From assembly GCA_043801595.1 (NCBI GenBank), contig JAZDLW010000021.1, forward strand, positions 1-64,000: a stretch of 64,000 nucleotides of DNA. The letters are read 5' to 3'. Numbering within the stretch: the first letter of the stretch is position 1; each line of letters opens with the position of its first letter. A program made the position numbers and the translations under genes. The DNA is from Candidatus Aenigmatarchaeota archaeon. GTDB taxonomy: Archaea; Aenigmatarchaeota; Aenigmatarchaeia; JACPZZ01. Positions 57,050 through 64,000 of this stretch are shown here, in pieces. The notes beneath the pieces are model-generated. The model was not told the origin of the DNA. It searched no databases and worked only from the letters and a program-made list of their open reading frames with translations.

Positions 57050-57155
57050 TCTGAAAGAATTATATACGACACTTTCGAGATCAGAGTTCCGATATGATAT
57101 GTATAAATTCGCTAAAAATAAAAAGTGCTCTAAACACGCTTCAATTGACCTAAAA

Positions 57156-57596
57156 CTAGCGTTTGCTTCGTTGTTCGTGCCTTCGACTCCCACGCTGCGA
57201 TGCGCTTCCTGCGTGATGCGTTTCGTTTCTGCGCGGATCAACGACGAGCATGTTTCGGTCGTAATCAATAAATCTCTGCCTGACTTCCTTGTTGCCTGCC
57301 TGGATTATGCAACGGGCGATTGATTGGCGAACGGCCTCTGTCTGTCCGGAATAACCGCCGCCCCTTACGTTGACGCTGATGTCAAAATCCTTTGCAATTT
57401 CCGGTGCAAGCGAAAAGGCTTCCTGGATCCTTAATCTCGACAATTCCGTTCCCCAGATGCTCAGAGGCATTGAATTGATCCTGACAACTCCTTTTCCAGG
57501 CGCCATCAAGGCGCGTGCAACCGCGTCTTTCCTCTTTCCAAATGAGTATATGATTTTCTTTTTCTTCGGCTTTGGCTGGGATTTTTCATCTTCCAT
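57156..57596 (-). CDS. rps9: 30S ribosomal protein S9
   Basis: GKRKDAVARA, VRGGG..GQ..A.RQ, DPRR.E, Q.S.R C-terminus. Confidence 0.96.
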   Translation of the reverse strand: MEDEKSQPKPKKKKIIYSFGKRKDAVARALMAPGKGVVRINSMPLSIWGTELSRLRIQEAFSLAPEIAKDFDISVNVRGGGYSGQTEAVRQSIARCIIQAGNKEVRQRFIDYDRNMLVVDPRRNETHHAGSASQRGSRRHEQRSKR

Positions 57597-57597
57597 A

Positions 57598-58014
57598 TTA
57601 CATCGGTTTTCTCCCTAGCTTATGAGATAAATCCTGCAGTGTTACGTACTCGCTTGTAAGATCGGAAGATTTCTTGAAATTCGCCTCAAACGCATTGCCG
57701 GCAATGCCTTTTGGCGAGCCGATGTACACATGAAGTCTTCTAAGCGCTTTTCGCCCGATATCCTGCTTGTATGGCAGCATACCGCGAATCATGCGGTGTA
57801 TCATCCTGTCAGGCAATCGTGATAAGAATGGACCTTTGTATTTATCGCCCCTGTCGAGCCGCTCCTTGTAAAGCCGTGCAATAGAAGCCGGCGAACCTGA
57901 TATCACAGCCTTCTCGACATTGATTATCGCCACGCTTTCGCCGTTGAGCAGCATCTTCGCGACTGCCGAGGATAAACGACCGCAGACAAATCCGGATGCA
58001 TCAATGATTTTCAT
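57598..58014 (-). CDS. rpl13: 50S ribosomal protein L13
   Basis: IIDA...GRLSS.VAK.LL, KGP, RGMLP. Confidence 0.96.
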   Translation of the reverse strand: MKIIDASGFVCGRLSSAVAKMLLNGESVAIINVEKAVISGSPASIARLYKERLDRGDKYKGPFLSRLPDRMIHRMIRGMLPYKQDIGRKALRRLHVYIGSPKGIAGNAFEANFKKSSDLTSEYVTLQDLSHKLGRKPM

Positions 58015-58016
58015 AT

Positions 58017-58349
58017 TCACACCATGATCTTTACGTTTGAGCACTTCGGGTTTTCCTTTGCAAGCTCGTTTATTGTTATTGTTCTTCCGCCCGCCTTGGT
58101 TATCTTCTCTTTCGCCGACTTTGAAAACCTGAACGCGGCGACTGTGACCGCTTTGGTTATTTCCCCATAACCGAGAACGCTTCCAGGCACCAACACTGTT
58201 CCAGCAGGATGCTGGGCGATCGAAGAAAGGTTAACTTCCGGCATGCGCCTCGTCGAACCGTTAAGCTCGCTGGCTACTCTTTTCCACGCCGATGCGTCTA
58301 GTTTCTTCAGGTCCTTTATCAAATGAGCAATGTTTTCATTAGTCTTCAA
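58017..58349 (-). CDS. rpl18e: 50S ribosomal protein L18e
   Basis: KTN, VNLS, VPGSVLG.G, VAAFRFS..A..KI..AGG. Confidence 0.95.
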   Translation of the reverse strand: MKTNENIAHLIKDLKKLDASAWKRVASELNGSTRRMPEVNLSSIAQHPAGTVLVPGSVLGYGEITKAVTVAAFRFSKSAKEKITKAGGRTITINELAKENPKCSNVKIMV

Positions 58350-58495
58350 GGTTATCTACCGATTGATCAGATATAATATGACCGCAACATTTATATTAAT
58401 AGACAATATTAATAGACGATTTTTGCAGCTTTCTTGTTGGCGGGATATATAGAAGTGCAATAACTTATATAAGTATAGGGCATGAAGGCGATTAA

Positions 58496-59365
58496 ATGGC
58501 TGACAAATTGTTCGAAAATGCCAAAAAAAGACTTTTCATAAGGTACGTGGCTCCGAAAATCTATGGCGATGTCGATGCTGTTCTTAACGCAGTGCGCGAA
58601 CCGAACCACATAGTTCTCATAAACACAAAACGGCTGCGAAGAATAGACACCGAGATGCTCAGGCGAACGCTGTTAAAGCTCCAGCGGGTTGCTGATGCAA
58701 GCGACAGGATGATATTCACAATAGAACCGGACTTCTACGTCTCGATCCCGAAAACAGCGAAAAACGAGACGCGCGAACTCAGCGAAGAAGAGAAAAAAAT
58801 GAAGGACGAGTTCGAAAAAATCGAAATGGAAGAGGAGATGGAAGACGAGAAGAAAAAACAGACAAGCTACGCGCAAAAAATCAACGACTTTGTGAAAAAG
58901 AAGGGCGAGGCGAAAGAGCCGCTTGTGTTCGAGGTTAAAAAACAGGGCGCGAACATAAAGGAGGCTATACTTTCAATTAAAAGCCCGTTTGCTGCCGAGG
59001 ATATCGGAAACAGGATGGCCGAACTAATCGAACTAAAACAACTCGTGTCAGGGCATGTTCCGGACAAAACGAAATTGCAAATTTCCAGAAAATTCGAACA
59101 GCTCAAAGAAAGCGAAGATATGCTCAGGGAAACGATAATGAAAAAGAGAAGGAAAATCCTGAGAAAGCTTGAAGCGATAAACGACCTTGCGGAAAGCAAT
59201 CATATTTCAAAAGAGCTTTTCACGCGCATACGGAAGCATTTGACAGAAGAGCTGGAACAGCTTGGAGATATGATTGTGACAGTTGACAGCAAAGGCGTCA
59301 AATTTTCTGCTAAAAAAACGGATATTAAGGCGAAAACGGATAAGAAAAAGAAGGTTAAACGATGA
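58496..59365 (+). CDS. SepF-like domain fused to a coiled-coil region
   Basis: N-terminal VLNAVRE..IVLINTKRL...LRR.L.KL.R...P resembles archaeal SepF/DUF552; charged C-terminal region; ATGA overlap with minD. Confidence 0.6.
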   Translation: MADKLFENAKKRLFIRYVAPKIYGDVDAVLNAVREPNHIVLINTKRLRRIDTEMLRRTLLKLQRVADASDRMIFTIEPDFYVSIPKTAKNETRELSEEEKKMKDEFEKIEMEEEMEDEKKKQTSYAQKINDFVKKKGEAKEPLVFEVKKQGANIKEAILSIKSPFAAEDIGNRMAELIELKQLVSGHVPDKTKLQISRKFEQLKESEDMLRETIMKKRRKILRKLEAINDLAESNHISKELFTRIRKHLTEELEQLGDMIVTVDSKGVKFSAKKTDIKAKTDKKKKVKR

Positions 59366-60150
59366 CAAGAATCATAGGCGTTGTTTCCGGAAAGGGCGGC
59401 GTAGGGAAAACTACGGTTGTTACGAATCTGGGCGTTGACCTTGTGACAAAGTTCAAGAAGGACGTTGTTATTATCGATTGCAACATCACGACTTCCCATC
59501 TAAGCATGGTCATGGGAATGCATTTCCTGCCTATAACATTGAACCAGGTTCTGAGAGGGAACATACCGATCGAGAATGCCGTATATACGCACCAGACAGG
59601 ACTGAAGATCATTCCGGCATCGCTTGCTGTAAAGGATGTCGAGGGCATAGACGTGGGTGAATTGAAAAAGGCTGTAAAGCATCTTCTTGGAAAGGTTGAT
59701 ATAATACTGCTTGACTCTGCGCCGTGCCTTGGAAGAGAGGCTAAGATGACATTGGACGTGAGCGAAGAGCTTTTATTCGTTACAACGCCGTATGTACCGT
59801 CTGTGATGGACACCATACGAACAAAAGAGATGGCCGAACCGCAGAAGACGAAACTCGGCACTGTGTTAAACATGATGGAAAACGTGCGGCATGAGCTAAG
59901 CATAAAAGAAATCGAGAACCTTACGGAAATGCCAGTACTCGCAACAGTTCCGTACGACAGAAACATACTGAAGAGTCTTGCTGCGAAACAGCCTGTTGTT
60001 ACGTACAACCCGCAATGCAAGGCATCGAAGCAATTTTTAAAACTGGGCAAGGAAATAACAGGCGAAGATCCTGTCAATCTTGAAAAAGAGGACGTTCTCG
60101 GAAAGATAACGAGCATGCTGAAAGGCGTGAACATACCGAGATTCGGTTAA
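59362..60150 (+). CDS. minD: MinD/ParA-family ATPase
   Basis: SGKGGVGKTT, IIDC, LDSAP, VPYD. Confidence 0.9.
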   Translation: MTRIIGVVSGKGGVGKTTVVTNLGVDLVTKFKKDVVIIDCNITTSHLSMVMGMHFLPITLNQVLRGNIPIENAVYTHQTGLKIIPASLAVKDVEGIDVGELKKAVKHLLGKVDIILLDSAPCLGREAKMTLDVSEELLFVTTPYVPSVMDTIRTKEMAEPQKTKLGTVLNMMENVRHELSIKEIENLTEMPVLATVPYDRNILKSLAAKQPVVTYNPQCKASKQFLKLGKEITGEDPVNLEKEDVLGKITSMLKGVNIPRFG

Positions 60151-60191
60151 AACTATTTAACACTTTACAAATTCTTGCTCAGGCCGCGATG

Positions 60192-60866
60192 TTACGGGTG
60201 AAATCCGGGCGGTAAATCGCGGGTTCCCCAATCGTCCATGTTCTTCATTTTCTCATACACGGTTCTATGAAAACCTGTTGAATTTTTCAATAAACCAAAA
60301 AACGGCGATATATTCTCGTCCATGTTTTTGCTATCGTTCGGTACGCCGGTTGGGTCTATGATAAATAATTCGTCTACTTTCTTTGACGCCCAGAAAAAAT
60401 GACTGTGACTGTACCTTTTCGGCACCATTTTTGTTAAAACGCCCTTTGCTGACGACAGGCTAAGCTCGTCATTGGCCTCTTCGGTATAATCCGGTATGTT
60501 CGTGCACCCGCTGGGCTTCCATAGATGGCCGGTCCTTAAGTACAATCTTTCAAGATAATCGCGAATAGCGGTTTGTTCATGCTGCGTTAAACCGTCGCGC
60601 ACGAAATAAGCGCTGAACTTGCTAAAATCGGTTAGCGCGTTTTCTTTCAGGCGCCTCGCAAGATCGTCATCAAAGGCGATCATATCATGCGTAACATTAA
60701 CAATTCCTTTACGATACGAGTGTAAGCGAACCGTATTTAGCAATGCGCCCCTTCTTGGTGTCAAATCTACCCGAAAAACATCGTACTCACCATCGCCGTA
60801 TAAGCGTACAAGAGTTCCTCTTGCCAAAAGCTGGGCTTGGTCTTGATTCAGGCGTTCGTAAGACAT
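60192..60866 (-). CDS. Hypothetical protein with possible Cys-His-Asp (transglutaminase/papain-like) triad
   Basis: SGC...HSHFF...IIDPTG. Confidence 0.55.
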   Translation of the reverse strand: MSYERLNQDQAQLLARGTLVRLYGDGEYDVFRVDLTPRRGALLNTVRLHSYRKGIVNVTHDMIAFDDDLARRLKENALTDFSKFSAYFVRDGLTQHEQTAIRDYLERLYLRTGHLWKPSGCTNIPDYTEEANDELSLSSAKGVLTKMVPKRYSHSHFFWASKKVDELFIIDPTGVPNDSKNMDENISPFFGLLKNSTGFHRTVYEKMKNMDDWGTRDLPPGFHP

Positions 60867-60927
60867 ACGACCTATAACAAAGTAAGTTATTTAAATGTCA
60901 TCGCCGACAATTCTTCTGCGTGAAAGC

Positions 60928-61812
60928 ATGAGCGTAATGATCCAAGCACCGGACGGCTACAAGAAAAAGCTGCTCGAATTTGCGGATAAAGAAAAGGATA
61001 AAGATGTTTTTATCTCAATAGAACCGTGCTACGGCGCGTGCGATTTGCGCGATCACGAAGCGAAACGACTGGGATGCGATAAATTAATCCATTACGGGCA
61101 TAACGACTTTGGGCTAAAAACCGAAGTTCCTGTGGAGTATGCTGTAATACCAACGGACATTGATCCTATATCCGTACTTCAAAAAAATATCGTAATGTTC
61201 AAGGATTACAAAAAGATCGGTTTCGTTTCAACAGTCCAGTTCATACAACTGCAGGATAAAATAAAGGAGTTTTTCGCGAAAAATGGAAAAGAGGTTGTTG
61301 TAGGGTTTGTTGAAAAAAAACGCGGCGCCAGCGCAGCGGGGCAGATTCTCGGGTGCGATGTGACTGCGGCACAGGTTATCGACGACAAAGTCGATTGTTT
61401 CCTTTATGTCGGAACAGGACGTTTTCATCCGACAGGAATGGTAACGAAAAAACCGTTCTTTGTGCTGGATGTTGAAAAAAACACGCTCGAACGCAACGAC
61501 ATCGACCATGATAAACTTGAAAGGCAGCGCTATGCACGCATCGCAATTGCAAAAACGTCCAACGTGTTCGGAATACTGCTTTCCACAAAAGGCGGGCAAT
61601 GCCTGCTGAGTGTCGCAACGCGGATAAAAGAAATATTGCAGCGAAACGGCAAGAAAGCGTACATACTTGTTGCTGACGAGTTCACACCCGAGAAGCTTAT
61701 GGGAATAGATGTCGACTGTTACGTCAACTGCTCATGCCCGCGAATGACAGACGATGTAAAAAGGTTTGAAAAGCCTGTGATAAACCCGCAGGACGTTGAA
61801 ACAGAGAAATAA
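60928..61812 (+). CDS. dph2: Diphthamide biosynthesis enzyme Dph2
   Basis: CYGACD, HYGH, GQILGC, G.FH, K.GQ, CPR. Confidence 0.95.
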   Translation: MSVMIQAPDGYKKKLLEFADKEKDKDVFISIEPCYGACDLRDHEAKRLGCDKLIHYGHNDFGLKTEVPVEYAVIPTDIDPISVLQKNIVMFKDYKKIGFVSTVQFIQLQDKIKEFFAKNGKEVVVGFVEKKRGASAAGQILGCDVTAAQVIDDKVDCFLYVGTGRFHPTGMVTKKPFFVLDVEKNTLERNDIDHDKLERQRYARIAIAKTSNVFGILLSTKGGQCLLSVATRIKEILQRNGKKAYILVADEFTPEKLMGIDVDCYVNCSCPRMTDDVKRFEKPVINPQDVETEK

Positions 61813-61853
61813 AGTCTTTTTAATCACGCCTGTCAATACTTTTTGCTGATAAC

Positions 61854-62585
61854 ATGGACGCGATTGATGTAATCAACGTATCAAAGAAGTTTCGCAGCGA
61901 AGGAAAGGAATTTTCCGCGCTGAAAGACGTATCGCTTTCGATAAAACGCGGGGAGATATTCGCTCTGCTGGGGCCGAACGGCTCAGGAAAAACCACGCTG
62001 ATAAACATTATCACCGGACTGGTAATACCGGATTCCGGCAAGGTGAAAATTCTCGGAAAAGACGTGGCGAAATTCCCTGAGATTATTGAAAAGGTCGGCC
62101 TTGTTTCCAACGAGGCGAGGTTCCACTGGGCGCTGGATACAAGGGACGTGCTGAATTTTTACGGAATGGTTTACGGAATAAAAAGACGCGAAAGGAAAAA
62201 AAAGGCTGACGAACTTATCGATTTCTTCGGCCTGAGCAGAATACAAAAAAGGCGCGTTGACAGCCTGTCAACAGGAGAAAAAATGCGATTGTCGTTCGCG
62301 AAAGCGCTCCTTAACAAGCCGAAGATACTTCTTCTCGACGAACCGACACTGGGACTGGATCCGTACATATCAGCAAAATTGCGCAAAGAAATCAGGCACA
62401 TAAACCGCACGTTCGGCACATCGATGCTGTTAACAAGCCATTACATGAAAGAGGTGCGCGAACTTGCAAGCAGGGTTGCGTTCATAATGAAAGGCGAAAT
62501 ACTGGACGTACGGCGCACAAGAGGCGTTGACCTTGAAAAATATTTCATTAAAATGATTAAGGAGGGCAAAAATGAGGTTGAATAA
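61854..62585 (+). CDS. ABC transporter ATP-binding protein
   Basis: GPNGSGKTT, LSTGE, LLLDEPT, TSH. Confidence 0.95.
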   Translation: MDAIDVINVSKKFRSEGKEFSALKDVSLSIKRGEIFALLGPNGSGKTTLINIITGLVIPDSGKVKILGKDVAKFPEIIEKVGLVSNEARFHWALDTRDVLNFYGMVYGIKRRERKKKADELIDFFGLSRIQKRRVDSLSTGEKMRLSFAKALLNKPKILLLDEPTLGLDPYISAKLRKEIRHINRTFGTSMLLTSHYMKEVRELASRVAFIMKGEILDVRRTRGVDLEKYFIKMIKEGKNEVE

Positions 62586-63357
62586 GGTTTTTGCCCTGAT
62601 CTATCACGACATGCTCGTTTTTGCGCGGGCGAAATGGAGAATAATGGACATGTTCTACTTCCCGATAACGACCATACTTGTCTGGGGATTGTTTGCCGAG
62701 TACATGAAAACATCAGCGCTTGAAGCGGGCCTGATCGTGCTTGCGCTGAACATATTCTGGAACTTCGCGGTTGTTGCGCAAAGCAACACAAACATGCAGA
62801 TGATGGATGACGCGTGGTCAGGAAGCATAAAACAATTTTTCGTTTCAGGCATACGGGAGGCGGAATACATAACCGCACGCGTGATATTCACGACAGGAAT
62901 CTCGCTGGTTTTGCTCGCAATACTCATGCTGATATCGTACTATTTCTTCGACCTGCGGATAATTTTTGAGCGGCTCGACCTGATGATTTACCTGTCGTTT
63001 TTGACATTGTTGTCGTCTATCGCAATGTCCATAGTGATAGCGGCGATATTGCTTAACGCGGGAAAAGAATACGGTTTTCTTGCATGGACGCTTCTGCAGA
63101 TTTTCATACTTCTCTCCGCGCCCTTCTACCCGACATCGCTGTTTCCGAACTGGCTGCAGCCGATTGCATCGGTGATGCCTTACACGGCGATCTTTGAGAA
63201 CGCAAGGCTGTTCGTGACGCGCGGCAGCCTTGACGCGACACTTCTTGTCAACGGTTTTTTAATATCTCTATCCTATCTGCTGGTTTCGCTGCCGCTGTAT
63301 TTCTATGCGTTCAGACGAGCGAGAAAAACGGGATACTTGGCAAAACTGGGAAATTAA
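62572..63357 (+). CDS. ABC-2 type permease
   Basis: Six TM segments; APFYP..LFP.WLQ..A..P. Confidence 0.88.
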   Translation: MRLNKVFALIYHDMLVFARAKWRIMDMFYFPITTILVWGLFAEYMKTSALEAGLIVLALNIFWNFAVVAQSNTNMQMMDDAWSGSIKQFFVSGIREAEYITARVIFTTGISLVLLAILMLISYYFFDLRIIFERLDLMIYLSFLTLLSSIAMSIVIAAILLNAGKEYGFLAWTLLQIFILLSAPFYPTSLFPNWLQPIASVMPYTAIFENARLFVTRGSLDATLLVNGFLISLSYLLVSLPLYFYAFRRARKTGYLAKLGN

Positions 63358-63403
63358 ACGCAAATGGAAGATTTATAAGTGTTGTTACCAAATAGAGGTT
63401 GAT

Positions 63404-63673
63404 ATGAAACTTAATATTCTCGAGAACTCTGATAATAAAGCTAACATAGAGATGATAGGCGAGAGCGAGACTTTGGCGAACTTGCTCAGGAAAAACCTGT
63501 GGGACGTCGGTGTCGAACAGGCCGTCTTCATTAGGGAACACCCGTACCTTTCAATGCCAAAGATCATAGTTTACGGCAAAAATCCGATGAAAGCGCTTGA
63601 CAATGCGGCGCAAAGAATTATAGACCAGGCCAAAGATTTCCAAATAGAGTTTAAGAGAGCGCTGGCAAAGTAA
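63404..63673 (+). CDS. rpoL: RNA polymerase subunit L (Rpo11)
   Basis: GESETLANLLR, EHP, P.KAL..A. Confidence 0.88.
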   Translation: MKLNILENSDNKANIEMIGESETLANLLRKNLWDVGVEQAVFIREHPYLSMPKIIVYGKNPMKALDNAAQRIIDQAKDFQIEFKRALAK

Positions 63674-63704
63674 TTTTTTAATAAGCTAATCCTAGTTTTA
63701 GTGT

Positions 63705-64000
63705 ATGCTAAAAATACGTTTTTTGAAACCGGAGATCCGCATAGTCGGCTGGGACGACGCGCCTTTTGACAAAAAGGACAGGGAAGTGCGCATATTCGGC
63801 GCAATCTTCCGCGGAGGGACATGGTTCGACGGCTTATTGTCGACAACAATAACCGTTGACGGCGACGATTCGACTGAGAAAATAACCGCAATGATAAACA
63901 AAACCCGCCACATGAACCAGCTGCGCATAATAATGCTCGACGGAATAACGTTCGGAGGCTTCAATGTTGTTGATATTGCCGAACTGAACGAAAAAACGGG
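63705..64000 (+). CDS. DUF99 / endonuclease dU family protein (partial; not in ORF track)
   Basis: KPEIRIVGWDDAPF...RGG..FDG...VDGDDST...MLDGITFGGFNVVDI. Confidence 0.9.
   Translation, partial: MLKIRFLKPEIRIVGWDDAPFDKKDREVRIFGAIFRGGTWFDGLLSTTITVDGDDSTEKITAMINKTRHMNQLRIIMLDGITFGGFNVVDIAELNEKT

Noticed and set aside
56066..57155. Intron or intein carrying the LAGLIDADG inside rps9 or rps10
   Set aside because: Both ribosomal protein genes are complete and no intein terminal residues or BHB ends were seen. The 57268 upstream start is an overlap artefact.

Overview
Archaeal chromosomal segment. The gene content (archaeal ribosomal proteins, TBP, MCM, class I LysRS, split Hef, many class III signal-peptide pilins, short histone, tRNA introns, free-standing LAGLIDADG ORFs) suggests a DPANN-type lineage; this is an inference, not a database result. 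Housekeeping content: rpl15e, SRP RNA, speD/speE, pyrG, HerA-like ATPase, Hef helicase plus ERCC4 nuclease, archaeosortase, prepilin peptidase with a pilin cluster, rps15-recJ-rps3ae, tbp, mcm-rpa-gatCAB, lysS, riboflavin genes, ino1, rpl18e-rpl13-rps9-rps10-rpoN, sepF-like/minD, dph2, an ABC exporter and rpoL. There are four tRNAs: Arg-TCG, Leu-GAG (variable-arm intron), Glu-CTC and Pro-GGG (37/38 intron). Main unusual signals: (1) a 2.3-kb integrase-less islet at tRNA-Arg, bounded by a 14-bp att-like repeat and carrying a Doc toxin followed by a 30-aa candidate mini-antitoxin; (2) two free-standing LAGLIDADG ORFs, one reading through an entire tRNA-Glu and one with an HTH domain inside a ribosomal operon; (3) two families of small palindromic intergenic repeats, nested at one locus, one of which resembles the tRNA-Leu intron; (4) tandem covarying hairpins between an unannotated histone gene and tRNA-Leu; (5) two frameshifted genes and several effector-like orphan ORFs.
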